A stretch of DNA of 53,296 nucleotides from Catajapyx aquilonaris. Taxonomy: Eukaryota. The DNA lies in the NCBI GenBank assembly GCA_000934665.2, contig JYFJ02000694.1, positions 62,001 through 115,296 on the forward strand, in the 5' to 3' direction. Below are positions 12,803-26,578 of the stretch, piece after piece (position 1 is the first letter of the stretch; every line of letters starts with the position of its first letter). Under the pieces are notes generated by a model, which was not told the DNA's origin, did no database searches, and was given only the letters and a program-made list of their open reading frames with translations. A program made the translations under genes and the position numbers.

Positions 12803-13316
12803 CAATGGGCCCCGGTTATCCACGAGTTCGTTATCCGAGGTTTGAAAGTATGAAATACGTATTTATAAAAAACATTCCATTCAAAAAGTTAAAGCGTTTT
12901 AAAACTACAGTACAGTATTCTTATAACTGTCATGCCGTATTTATTGTTTAATGGTTTTAGGTGATGTCGGAATCCATTAATTAAACGACACCATAGGTCT
13001 CTATATGAATATACTTTATTATACAATGCAGTACTGGTTTGTTTTGACAATATTATAATTTGTGTTTGACAATGAGAAAATTATACTTACCTATATGGTA
13101 AGTATAATTTAAACACAAATTATCATAATTGTCAAAACAAAGCAGTACTGCATTGTATAATAAAGTATTTAATATAAAGTATATAAACGTACATTGCATA
13201 GTTCGTATAACGAACTATGTACTGTACGTTTAAAACCTGCATAATACTGTATGGTATATCCACGGGAGGGCTTGGAACAGAACCAATATTATCATCGGAT
13301 AACTGGAGCCCATTCT
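12803..13316. mobile_element. pogo/Tigger-like MITE with internal fold-back
   Basis: TIRs atgggccccggttatcc (12805-12821) and ggataactggagcccat (13297-13313) match at 15/17. Subterminal ttatccgagg and tatccacgggagggcttggaac resemble Tigger-type ends. Confidence 0.7.
13011..13168. repeat. Long imperfect inverted repeat (hairpin)
   Basis: atactttattatacaatgcagtactg pairs perfectly with cagtactgcattgtataataaagtat; inner stem aaattatacttacc/ggtaagtataattt has a 5-nt loop. Confidence 0.95.
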
Positions 13317-15262
13317 ATTCTCGTAATATATTATGCACATAATGGTTGCTTCCTATTTAGAATGTGGCAGACATGCTTCTCGTAGGAAATAAATGTGATA
13401 ACTGACTCATAACTCATATTACGCAGCCCCGATTGATGTCACTTGTTTAAACTGCTGCACATGTAAAACAGTCATTTTCAAATCGATATAATGACGCAAT
13501 TTTATTAATATAAAATGAATTTCACATTGGTCTGTAACTTCAGGAGTAATGACACCTCAATAGTCATAAAGAGATTGTAATGTTTTTGTAGTCCAACTTT
13601 GACCTCACAATTCAAATTGCTGCAAAATTACATAACAAAAATTTTGCCCGTTTGGCATAAATATTGAGCAACCTAAACAAAAAAAATGGGAGATCCCCTG
13701 TGAGCACTTTTTTTCTCGAGAGCTTCACTTTCAAGTACACGTTGCGGGACTCTCCAAGCAATGCCGCAATCTAGATTCTCATCACGCAAACGTGGTGATT
13801 CCCCTTTAGAACATGATTTTTCATCAAGCTGTAACACTCCACAGCTGTCTGAGTAAAACAATATTGACCTTTCCAGAGTTCAAGATGCAACTACCTTGAG
13901 CACGCCATGAAAATGACACATTGTGCGGAAAATGAGCAATTAGCTTCTTTAGCTGTACCTAGAATTGGAAAGAATAGTGCGCCATTTTTTTAGGTGAATG
14001 CACTAGGTGTTTGAGCTAGGGTAACCTACAATCATGTTTGCTATACGGTTAGGTAAAGGTTATTCTTTTAGAGTATTTAGACAATTATATCCTGAATAAT
14101 TTTCTAATACTACGACGCTTTGACTCTCTAATTATAATTAAAATGCTGCAATCACACTCGAATAGTACATAATTTGGCAATACGGTCATGTATTAATTTT
14201 TTTGAAAGACACAGCACTGGATGTATGGATACTGGTAATGTATATGGATACCGATATCAACTATGAAATCAATGAATATACAATTATCCTTGTGAACCTG
14301 TGAGCATCAGAAAATGTATTCGATAAGCGTTCGTGTTTTCAGCTGTAGATATTGCCATGCATTCGTAGCGTCTATTCGACTCCTACTCGTCCTACAAGTC
14401 TCGCAGGAACCATCGACTTTTCTATTTTACATTGTGAAATAGCGGCTTGGGAACGATCGACTCAAAGTGGTAAGAACGTTTAAGAAATTTTCCAAGTGAA
14501 AACGCATTCTTGATAGCAAACATAATTTTTCGTGTACATAGGTATGATTTGAACGTGAGCATAGTAGGCAAGGCAATGACCTGAAATAATACTGTAGACA
14601 ACATCCGTGTCTGGGAGTCGCCATCAATTATTTCTGATCTATATATCTTTTATTTTTTCCACTCTAACAAGATTGAGCCAAGAACTCTAGGGATACAATG
14701 AAAGGATTCCTGCAGTGATACCGGAGGCAAGCTCCTTCTCATTTGGCGTCTTCTTTGTCCTACAGACAATCTGTCGCTTGCTACTGCTCTCTTGCGTGTG
14801 GTTGTAATACAATGGTTGTTGACATCATTCTTTCTTCGGGTGGCCTTTTGATTCTCTTCGAACGTAGACCGCTTTTTCTGTCTCAAGTAGTGTATACTGT
14901 GATGCGAAGAAAAAGAAAATTGTTTGTGAGACCGCTGAAATATTCAGGTGGTACAGATACAGTATACACAAAATAATAACACTGTGGGCAACACAAATCT
15001 TTGAACTGATACACTAATTTCGAGGTGCTGAACACTGAAATGACAATAAAATTAGTCGATTGGCACTAGTGTAGATATGGTAATGTATGGCCATGTACCG
15101 TATACGACGTACGTACAAGGGATATCGCGAATTTCTGTGAAGTTCAAGTTCAAAATGCGTTTTTCTGGTTCTTTATCTGCTAGAAAGAAAGCACCTTTCC
15201 AGCAAAACCCTGTTTCTCAAGAATTCTTGAGATACGGTTGGTCAAAAGGTCAATCAGTGATG

Positions 15263-15688
15263 AAATTAATAAATTACCATCCCTCTCTGAATATCGCAAT
15301 ATTACGTTTGCTGGGCAACAAATTATGGTCAATTTTCTGATATTAAAGTAGACATTTATTAAAGATTTAAGTGTGCTGAACATGAATGTGATAATGAAAA
15401 TTCAAAATTGGCTGCTATTTCTGAGTAAAGGTCCGCTTCTATAGAAGCGGACCTTTACTGATGGTAAATGACATATGTACGTATGACTCTATTATGTAAG
15501 AAACTATTGCGGATTTCTCAGAAATAGCAGCCAATTTTGGATTTTTATTGTCATATTCATGATTATCTCACTGAAATCTTTAATAAATGTCTACTTTAAT
15601 ATCATAAAATTGACTTTTCGGCAAAATTTGCTGCCCAGCAAAAGTAATATTGTCATATTCAGAGAAGGATTGTAATTTATTTTAATTT
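15263..15688. repeat. Large inverted repeat (~165-bp arms) enclosing a perfect 36-bp palindrome
   Basis: Arms at 15263-15425 and 15517-15688 (e.g. tgatattaaagtagacatttattaaagattt / aaatctttaataaatgtctactttaatatca). Palindrome agtaaaggtccgcttcta|tagaagcggacctttact at 15424-15459. Confidence 0.95.
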
Positions 15689-18289
15689 TTTTGCAATTAT
15701 ACAAAGGAACGAATTCATAATGTGACCCTCTCAGTATACATTTCAGCTGGATTACATATGTTTATAAAAATTAATATACATATTACATCTACACAACTAC
15801 AAATTGGATATTTACTGTCTTATACGTAGGTATACCGCAAATCACTTTGGAACGCACTTCTTCATGTCTGGCAATCCCCAACAATAATGCGCGCAGTAAA
15901 ATAAGAAGGCTTCAGGATGTCGCACAGTAACTAAGTTACCTTGTAAAATTAATTCACCAAAGGCAACAGGAGGCAACAGAAGCTTCACGGATAATAGAGA
16001 TGATACATAAGGGTAATAAAATATGAAGTTATGTGAAAGTTGCAAAATAAATATTCTTACATTGGATGAAATGAAATCAGTCTTTACAGGATGGACTTCT
16101 AGGTGGGAAGCGAACGTTGAAAATTCATACAATAATGAAGGATACGGAAGTCACCCTTTAATCAAAGTTTACTAAGTGCTTGGATTATAATTCATTAACT
16201 GGAACAGATGATTCATAATGAAACATCTATACACACAATATTACACAATACAAGTGGGACAACTCATTGCGACAATCTGTCTAGACTCATGACATTTCGG
16301 TAGTCTCAGTTGTTGCACTTGTATAAACTCCTATATTATTCAGCATGTGAGGAGCTCAAAAGTACAATGATTTTTTTCCACAGAAATGATTTTTTAAACA
16401 ATAATATGGAGTGTTATAATGCGGATTGACTACTCATGACACATTCTAATGGATATGTTTCATGTAGAGGCGAAAAAAACTAAATTTAACGCATTTAACA
16501 TTATTATGGAAAAATTTATCGCATTGGACTTGTCACAAACTTGGATCTATCTTCTTTTGTATGAAATCATGGCTTGGATGTAGCTGTTTCTGCTTAGGAC
16601 ACGGATATTTGGAGTCAATTTAGGCCCATTTCATGTGCCTGGGCTATACAATATAATATTTGGGTACTGGGTAGAGGACAACATAGAGAATCAATGCCAC
16701 TCCAAACTCAATTTTTTTTCCCACTGTCGGATCTAGCTATACTTTCGCTTGGGAGCTCCTCAGGTATAGTCTACTACTTTCATTATAAATCATCAAGACG
16801 GATACAGTAATTAATAATACAGTAATAGAATAATCAAATGATGCCCTCACATGAAACAGTTTTGCTAAAAGTAGACTGTCGTGACAAATATCACCTGTCC
16901 AAAGAATCGCTTCATATATGCTTGATATTCTATCCAATTAATTAACAAAAAATGCCCTTCAGATTTCCTTAAAAGACTCTACAAGGCCATGTAACTAATA
17001 CTAGATATTTTTTACATATTTATATTCTACAACATGCACATGAAAGTCATACGTCTTAAACAGAGACAAATCCATATAGGATAGTGACCCTTAGAAGAAA
17101 ATGTGTAAGATAATATAAAGAACGGGTTGAAATATGTCATTTCAAACAAGGCACCCATATAACAAGCAGTCCCCGACAATGACTACACGTGATATAATAT
17201 TAATCCCACTCCACTGCCTTTTTCACAGATGAAATTACACCCCGGTAGCTTCTTGCAATATCTCTTCTTTTTTTTCAATCCTCCCAACCAGTGTCCCCCT
17301 CCCCCCTGAAACATAGCTGGCAGCAACAGTCGATGCGTGAAGATCATTGTAAGCGATAAAAGTGAGCCTTTCTCACCAACCCTCGTTTTTTGGACGAATC
17401 CTTGTCGATTTCCCATCTTCCATGTGGTCTAATGAGAGCCGTGAGCTTCACACTTTCTCGACAGTGCGGAAACTCCAAGTCAAATAATACGGCAAAGAAC
17501 AAGAGGAAAAAAAAGTGTTCATAGATAGAACAAAATGGCGAATAGAATTAACAGTAAACTTTAGATATGGACATATGACAATAGAATTAGCGTGATGCAT
17601 CGCAGAAAATTCGGACCAAGAGTAGTAAGCAAGTGTTTTATGAATGGATGTCACAGCTTATCTTTGGCTAGCTACATGCTGATAATCCCACACCTTGTTA
17701 GTAGCCGGGAAATACGTGTGCCGGAAAAATGGTTTGTGCTCTGCCATGCACAATGTCGCGGAATTACCGACACGCAACGTGCATGTCGCTTCATGCGATC
17801 CACAGTCTGAGTTTTTATACTAACCAGAGGCTACCTGTCCTCGTCTGCCTTCCAGAGAGTATAAAGCATGCAGGGGTGTACAAGTTTTTCAGTTCACCTT
17901 CTCATGCATAAAGAACCTGTGTCATTTTATTACCTAACTCTGGACCTGTAACTCGCTGTAAGAGTGCTAGGGGCGACGATAACCAGGATTTCGAAACGCT
18001 TGAAATAATACATTATGCCTCATACTTCCGAGCGATTGCATCATCGTGGACTTTGAACAATCTCATTATGCACAATGATGAGAGGCACTTTAATATTGAT
18101 TCTTTAATATATTCAGAATACGAAAATTTGCCGTTTTGCACTTCGAAGTTTATAAAGGTAATTACATCTGGCAAATTATTTGGCACGATAATTTCTGATA
18201 TTTTAAGTTTGATGCTGATATAATACTTGTTCGGTGTCGACCTTGATTTTAAAATTTCCGGGACGAGTAATGTACAGTATGAAGCGTCA

Positions 18290-18720
18290 CAGGTGGGTTC
18301 ACCGTGCCTATAAGCTGACACTTCCAACTGCTCCCAACAATACAAGGGAGTATAACACCTAACACAATGGATTATTTGCTTCAATGGCACGTGCACAATC
18401 GACTCCCACATTGGGATTTAGCAGTTGGGACACATTTTGCTCCACCCACATTCTGGCGTTAAGTAGGGTATACCATCTGTAGGCTATATGAATATGCGTA
18501 TTATTTCCTGAATTTTGTACATCATTTTCATTGTTTTACTCTGTCATCAGCATCCGCTAATGAAGTTCAATCGAGTGTGTTACAGTTTTTATGACATGCA
18601 AATCTGAGGCGAACTTCACAGGAGATATATGTTGCCAGTGCCTGACTGACACTGTAGTCACAACAATTGTGTGGGTTGACCGCGTGACACTTTCGCATCC
18701 ATGAAGTCAAGGGAAGCTTA
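18290..18720 (-). mobile_element. Decayed Tc1/mariner-superfamily transposase (DDD catalytic region)
   Basis: Minus-strand motifs in order: FMD (~18705, cf. FSDE), VNPHNC (~18680, cf. VNxHNC), TDGIP (~18480, cf. QDGAP), TPLYCWEQLEVSAY (~18351, cf. TPLDFFLWGxLKxxVY). Confidence 0.6.
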
Positions 18721-19685
18721 ATTGCAGCTTGCTGGTAGCTTACATCGATCTGTATGCAATGACGGCACCGGGTTCGCGCCCTGTTGCCTAGGAGTTTGTT
18801 GTCTTTGATCTGCCGAGCGACCAGAATACATGTGTACTCGACTGAAGCACCTCTTGTTCAGTTTGTCACACCTGATACTACCCGCAAATCTATTTTTGGG
18901 ATCCACTTGACGTAGCTAATGAGCAACTCACCATCATGATAACATGCACAAAATCTGTAAAAATCATTGCCCTAGTGACACGACAACAGACGTGTTCGCC
19001 ATCTCACCATCGATTATGTATAGCTATCAATGACCATCAGAATTATACGTCAAAGGAGAAAGAACAAATCATAGCTAACGGTTAATTGGCGTCATGGGTT
19101 ATTAACTGTTGACACTGGTAGCGGTAGCCTACTCCTAACTATAGCAGCGGGACAAAATTCAAGCCAATGAGCAATGCCATTAGCTTCTCGAGGTTCTCCC
19201 ATTTCTGCCATTATCAAAAGTCCTCAACAATGAATGCAGTTGGGTGTTGAAAAGAACATCCCTTAAAAGGCCCTTGGCAAGCATATCATGAGGTATCTAA
19301 TTGTTAATATATCAGACTGAACATAATTTCAGTGTCGTTGCATTTCTGCTTGGTTCAAAGTAATGGTGATATACGTATATACTGCCCACTGCACATATAA
19401 TATGCGACTGATGTGTGGTTTGCAGGTAGCACTGAAGTAAGCTTTGTGTCCGTCAGAATTTCATTATTTAGGACTGGAAAATGTACGTACGCCTCAGAGT
19501 CTCAACAACAGTATGTAACAAGGTGGTTACTTCAGCAGAAGAATAGAAGAGTATAGAAGAGTTTGAATGCGGAGATTTTAAAGCTCAGCGCATTTCTCGG
19601 ACTTATGAGCGTTTGTTAAGTTTAATCGTGGCTCAAACAAATGCATTTTCATCCAATGATTTTATGAGAGGTGATGGCGCGCCAT

Positions 19686-19923
19686 CAGAGGCGGATCAAG
19701 AAATTTTTTCGGGGGTTCAAGGTCACAATCCTTCTTCGCGACCCCAAATTTGGGGTCGCGACCGCAAAATGGAAAAGAACCCATAGAACAGTGCAACATG
19801 TTGTAGAGGGTTTTTGCGAGTTCCCCCCCTTTTCCCCCCCCCTTTTTTCCCCTCTGGGGGCCATAGGGGGGAGGGGGGCGATCGCCCCTTCGCCCCCCCC
19901 CCCTCCCCCTGGATCCGCCACTG
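19686..19923. mobile_element. hAT-type MITE (238 bp) with 8-bp target-site duplication
   Basis: TIRs cagaggcggatcaag / ctggatccgccactg match at 13/15. The direct repeat cgcgccat flanks both ends exactly (19678-19685, 19924-19931). GC-rich interior with C/G runs. Confidence 0.9.
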
Positions 19924-20179
19924 CGCGCCATACAGTGATGGCCCACTGGGCCTTGGTTCTTTAGAAATAGCCCGTGTAAATACCATAGAATGAAGAAATG
20001 ATCGTTGGTGTGACCTATGGTCCCTGGCATGAACTAGGTCGAAAATCAGTCCACGGCGGGTTATTACAAGAGCAGTAATGGCATCTAAGACATCTCTGGA
20101 ATGCAACTAGTAGGCCCTAAATGTTAACCTTTTTCTTAAGGACTTTCTTACATTGTAAGTGTGTTTCTGGTCTCATAAA

Positions 20180-20900
20180 TATCCCGAAAGCAATGTGAGG
20201 CATATGAAATTATTGGTATTGAAGCATGGGATTGAAACCAGTCCCTTTGCTCAGGAGTATGAATTCATTAGGATGCCCAACATGACTCTGTCTAGCATAT
20301 CTAATGACGTTTTATAGTGATGGCCGTGCAATGGCCCTGTGTTAGGCCTTAAAAAATTGAATGCCACATAATATGTTGGCCTGACTATCATGATCACGAG
20401 AGTTATTCTTGGAGAAGAAATTACAGCAATGAATAATGATTTAGGAGGAAATACGCAGCAATAGCAAATCCATAGACCTATTTTATATTGTGTAACGGCG
20501 AAAGCCTATTCTTCTACGCGATCTACGGGACTAATACTTGCAAAATCAAATAATCAGTGATACAACCTGTATAAGCTTTTGCGTGGCTTTATCTCATACC
20601 TCATTCAGCCATGGCCATAGCTATCTTGACCCCTTGCCATTACTATCTGGATGGTTGGCCATAATTATGTCTTTTAAGTAGTATATTTTGGGCATTTAAA
20701 TATATACACACATTCTGACAGATCTAAATGAATTTGATGCAGTGTGAACGGGGACAACCTCAGAGTCATTAGAAAAAGATTTTAGAGCAACTGCGTGGAA
20801 AGAAAAGGCGAGGATATATACATGTATTACTGAGACCAATACACTAAAACTGGCCATTACTGTATGGTTTAACCCTAACCATTTTACCTCCTATTCGATG
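20180..20900 (+). mobile_element. Decayed CR1-like LINE reverse transcriptase fragment
   Basis: Ordered remnants: KLL..LKHGI (~20207), GPVLG (~20333, cf. GSVLGP), FYA (~20512, cf. YADD), MSF, EKD (~20772, cf. EKDLG), LRPI (~20830), TVWFNP (~20860). Confidence 0.5.
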
Positions 20901-23900
20901 CACCCGAGCTTTCATCGGTTGCTCATCCTTGAAATTATTGAAATTTGAAGAGAAGGATCCAGGGAAGCATTCACCTCGCACGAAACTGTGCGCATCTCAT
21001 TTTAGCTACATAACTTCATTTTGAGTAGTAACCATATTCTAGTTTGGAGGCTATTATGAGGCTTTAACTATATCCATTGCAGTTGCACCTTACATATATA
21101 GGTATGGTTCTTCGTGATTGTTGCTGTTCCCGTGTTGACGTGGACCGCATCTGAACGTGCGGGAGTGGACTGAATTTGTGTGATGAGTATCACTCCCTCT
21201 GATTAGTATTAACTAATGTTGCTGGCCTGCTTTGTTTCGCGTGATTGATTGCATGTGATGTGGTAATCAGTGTTTTACTGTTGGGTCCATTTTAATTATT
21301 TGCCCATTGTTGATCTCTTGATTGTCATTTTTGGATCATCACATCATCATCATCATCATATGTCAATGTCATTTTTGGATGATCTTGTTTAATTGATGGA
21401 TTGATTTGATTACTATGGCTGTCTTGTGTTATTGCTCAAACTTGGTAATTTTGCTACATATATACCTCGGTGCCTTATTTTTGGCAGTTTTTTTGGACAT
21501 TGTACTCATTCCTGCATATACCAGATTCACTGGTTAAATTGGTGTGCTTTCGAGTGCCTAGCCGATTGTCATGCCGGTCATCTCCTTTTATCTACACGCA
21601 AGTTGCTTCGGCCCTATTTACCTGCACCAACCTCGTCAGCCCTGATAACCTGCCACTTTCTTCATTGCATTTATTATTTTTGAGGGATGTTAAACCTCAC
21701 TAGCCTATTATTTATTTTGAATGAGATCATTTTTGTAATTTTTTTGGTATGAGCTAATTACCCATTCTCAAGTATGAACAAATTGTACATAAGTTAGTGT
21801 TAATAAAACTAAGCATTATATACGCCAACTTTGCATAACTCCTATTTTTTCCACTGCTATACTCTATGATACAGGCGCATCTCTGTTTTTGTTACAGATG
21901 TGAAAGGAAACGCTTCGGGCTGAACACTGTTATGGAATCAGATAATTTGATAACTGCCTACATATGCATAATATACAAAGTTAGTCCAATTAATGTCGGT
22001 TTCTCGGATAGTTCATAGTTGACCATGATGGAAATCGACCTGAACTCCTTTTATTTTATATCATTTATGACGCACATCCTCTCACCTTTCTTCAAGCCTT
22101 TCTTGCAGTCCAGTATTCCTTCCAAGACGAAACCCCTGTCTATTTTGGCAATTCAGGATTTGAGTAATGCTAGATGAAATACATATCATTAATAAACTAG
22201 CTGTTTTAGGGTCTGATAAATTTTATTCATTGGAAAAACTCCTCGGCTCAGTAATAATTCATGTACACGTCGTAAGGTTTGGGGCTGTTTGTAGCATCCA
22301 ACTTGTATTAAGTAAATTACGCTGCACTTCAAAGTATTGATTTCATGGACCAAAGCGAAGACATCGAAGATCTCTCAGAAAGGTATGTACAAGACGATTG
22401 ATTACACAAGTTTTACGCTTTTTTGAAAATTCAACGATCCTTTCCTTTCAAGTAGAAAATCTCGATTCAAAAGGGGGAAATTGGAAACGGTTGGATAACG
22501 CCACAGTCATCACTCAAGTTAGAGGAGCCGAGGTAGGGGCGGCAACATTAAAAGTAAAGATGATAGCCTTGATTGGCAATAATATCTATTTTTTTTGTAC
22601 TCATGTTGTGCGGTATATCTTGACACTTCTACAACCTAATTTTGCCATTTACGTTTGCCATTACGTTTGGTATAATCGGTATGTAGTCTTCAATGTATTA
22701 ACAAATAAAACACCGAAATTCTTTCATAGTTATACTGCTATTCTCATTGCGAATTCAGAACGCTTTATTCGAAATTCCAAAAACTGAAAACCTCCTGCAT
22801 TTCTGAATGCTGACATGATGCGACAGAAGTGAAAAATTACATGGTGTAACATGACTAGCATCATTACCAACAGTGATTGTCTAGCTGTGAACAGTAATAT
22901 ACATGAGCATATCTTTCTTTCTTTATTCCGACGACATTTCCTATTTTGTGTTTCGATTCCTGCAAATTTAACTTCATCCGTATCTATCAGTACTTGACTT
23001 TTTAACCTTAAGGTCGAATTTGATGGAAGTACTCAATTCCAAGAGGTACAGAAGCCAAATCTAAGAGTACAGACCGGTCGTAAATAGGCTGACACCCTCT
23101 TGGAATATCTCCAGATAATGCCTGTGAAAAGTGCTGGGCCATTTTTTAAACCCTTCTGTCATCGAAAAACTTATTCACTCTAAATCAATGAGTAAACTAC
23201 TAATTTTTTTATTCTTTTTGTCCATAATGATTACAATAGTAAATGACTTCCATTCCTTAATTTTATGCTTTATTATATCTCCATGAACACATGAAAAGTA
23301 AATTCTGCAAGTTTTCTTCATAATTACAGACATCATCCAAGTCTCTTGACAAACTCTATGAACAACAATGCTCTACGTAATTTAGAGAACCCAACATAGC
23401 GTTAAAATAACTCTTTTTGACACTTATTGGCATTTACAAGCTATATTGCATTTTCCCAAGAGACAGTAAAGCTTACGTTTAATTCTGCATGTAAATCAAG
23501 TCCCCCCTTTACACCAATATTGGTAGAATTCTTGCGCGGGCTTCTATTGTGCGCATTTCTCCTCGACAGTGGAATTGCCCCGGGTAGCGGGATTCATATT
23601 ATGCGTTTGACGCTTTTACAGGCCCTTTATACAATCCTCGCTGATTAATGAACGAGCTCAAAATATTTCAATCAAAAAGTTGTAGTGAGTATTCAGTATT
23701 CACTGCCAGGGATGCCGGTGGAGCACTTTGGTGGGTATAAAGAGAAGTTGGGGTAACGTGATGGGAAAGAAAGGAGGAGTAAACTTCATAGGAACAAATA
23801 CGCAACCGGTGTATTGAATAGGCTCAATTCATAGGCACTCTTGCATTAACGTACCTTTTATCGTTTTGCTGTGAAATGACTTGCTTTTGTTAGAAAATAT

Positions 23901-24599
23901 GCGATTGCTATTGAGTTCCTCTTTGTTCCCCCCTCTGGCGCTATACCTGCGCACTTGTATGTTCGTGTTGAGTCGCAATACGTGTTTCCAATAAGCATGA
24001 TTATATGAAAATGCCATCCAAGTTCTGCACATAGTCTGGGTGTGTCTATAAAAGGTCACTCCCCTCTGGTGTCACAGAGTTCGATCTTCGAATCTGGCCA
24101 AAGACCTCCGTGCCAACAAAATTGATTCCTGACATTCTTGGTCGACTTTGCCGTGGTTACTCCTCTTTCTCCCACTCCCACTTTTCTAATAAAAAAGAAA
24201 AAGAATTCCCTTTATATACGAGCAATCACATCGGGCCAGAGTATTGCGCAGTACTGGAATTTTATATGCTGCATACAAGCTGCTCAGGCCGGATGAAGTG
24301 TAGGATTACATATCCAGCCTAACTTCTGATAAACAACATCCTCTTATCTTCCAGCTTACCGTGCAGACCGGTGCAGACCTCATAGACAAGAAAAAAATAT
24401 AATTCCTAGCCCCAGCCCCACAACAAGTTCCCACAACTATGAAAAAAACACCTGACCCATGTAATAACTCAACTCAGAAAAAATAAAATTCGTGCTAGCC
24501 AAAAGCTACCTCCGGAATATCACGTCGGAAGCGCAGTGCTTCATGCGGGTCCAATATTATGTGGGTACCACAACCATTCGAAAAAACCTGTCGCGAAGA

Positions 24600-24951
24600 G
24601 ATAGAGCGTCGCGCATCTTAGCAGCCGCCAATTGAAAGGTAGGGGTGTATGGCATTGGGCGGGAGAGGGGCAGAGGGGCAGAGGGAGGTCCCGCCGCGCG
24701 GTGCTTTTCGTTCAGTAGTGCGGTAGACCTGACTCGGGTAGGTTGGCAACGGGGTCTCGGGCAAATTGTGGGGTTTTCCCCCTTTCATGTATTCCTCCCA
24801 GACGTGCCACGCCGTGAGAGAGTTAAATATTTTTTTGTGCGTGCCGACTGCTTGTTTTGCGTGATCAGTTTTCTGGAGGAGGATGGAGGAGTTTGTTGGG
24901 GTCTTGCAGGTATGGTGCTACTGGTTACACTAGTGATGTAGCACGTTTTGA
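24600..24951 (+). promoter_or_regulatory. Candidate promoter and non-coding first exon of the receptor gene
   Basis: Local GC/CpG-rich patch with CCAAT (24628), GC box gggcggg (24657), initiator-like TCAGT (24712) and candidate donors cag|gtatgg (24910) or ga|gtaagc (24952). Candidate acceptor tttaattacag at 26442, upstream of the ATG. Confidence 0.4.
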
Positions 24952-26578
24952 GTAAGCTCGTTGTTAGTTAGTGTTGACAGGGATGACCACACTTGTCATA
25001 ATGTAAGTGCTTTAACTCGAGTGACACTGTATTGTTGACAGAGATGGGACATTTGGTTTGTTTGAAGCATAATTCATGCTGTGTACGTATGTTGACAGCT
25101 TTATGTGGGAAACTATGGTGTTGAAGGTACTGTATGTAGTATGACACCGAATATAAGATCAGTGTTGATATATAATAGAAATGCTGTGAAGTAATGGTTG
25201 CCACATCAAAGTTCTAAAATATATATACCATACTGTACATTACTTCAGAACAAATGCTACAGCATATCATGCTAGTAAATTTAGGGTCAAGTATAAATCC
25301 TTGCATAGGCTAGAATAAAAACATTCGAGGGTCCGTATAGTATAGAATATAATTATTCTTGATAAGCCGATTGAAATGTTGAATGAGAAAATCATGCAAT
25401 AATTAAATTAATTATTTAGTCATTATGCTGATTTTCCCAACATTTATCGGTTTTAGCGCTAATAATTTCATTTTAGGTATCTAATGACGCGTGTCAACTG
25501 CATTTTCATTGATAACAACGAAAAAGTGAGAGCAGCACGAGACGAAGTAGTGCAATATAATAGCACAGTTTTATTGGAGTTGTGCACACTATAGCTTTAG
25601 GAAGCCCTTAAGACTGACAGCCGAATACATCTTTCTGATGCGGGTTCGGTTCGGGAGGATACTGGTCATGAATCACGTCGAGCTAAAGATTAACTCGGGT
25701 ACTGTCATTCACGAGATGGTCATATCCCCGGCTCTGTTTTAAATTGGGATCTATCTTTTGATGGTGTATGGGCTTTACAGTATTTACAGTTTACAGTAAA
25801 CGATATATGGCCTTTTAAATATTAAACTGAAAGTAAATTATTCTGCATATTTGATTTCATCAACAGGTAACGAACGCACAAAGCATAGATGCACGAGTTT
25901 TACTATTTTCGGAATTAAAATCGAGACATGCGCATTTTCTTGTGTTGCTGATGCGATTGGTGAGATAACCACATCGGCGGTGTTCCCATCCGTGGAATAC
26001 AAGGTGACTGTTACGCAACAGTTATGTGAGTTACCGTGTAATTTTCTTTCGTATAATAATTGTGGCACGACTAACACCAACACAAACTTATATGCAGCGC
26101 TATTGCATACTAGGCTGCACAGATAAAGGCTACAAGGCGATTTCTTATTGTGCCTGGATATAGGAAGTAGTATGTGCTCTGTGATATGCGATCAATGGAT
26201 CGCCATGCCAACACATGCTTCAATCTGATTGTCACATAGACACCTGCAACCTTCCTTTGTAATAGACAATGAATTAATACAAACAAAAAGCTCCATATGT
26301 GGGTTAATATGCGCAACATAATATAGAAATGTAAAAATCCTGATGGAATATCTGCTTCGTTCTAACTCCATTTCTCGTTCTCCCTTATTAAAAACCATCC
26401 GGCGCCGGTTACGTGCAATAATAATTTCGTGTTTAATTACAGGAAACACGTCTGTTATTAGACACCATGCCAGCACCGAGCAGTGTGAGCCCAACCTCAG
26501 CGCCACGGAATTGTAGTGTACGCGTCTCCCGGTGACAGTTCTAGAGCAAATGCTTCTTGGAAGTGATACTCGTCCAGC

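Noticed and set aside
19662..20106. Gly/Pro-rich overlapping ORFs
   Set aside because: Artefacts of the G/C runs in the hAT MITE.
21340..21360. Short (CAT)n tract; likewise (CAA)n at ~10500 and (TA)n at ~40917
   Set aside because: Ordinary short microsatellites.
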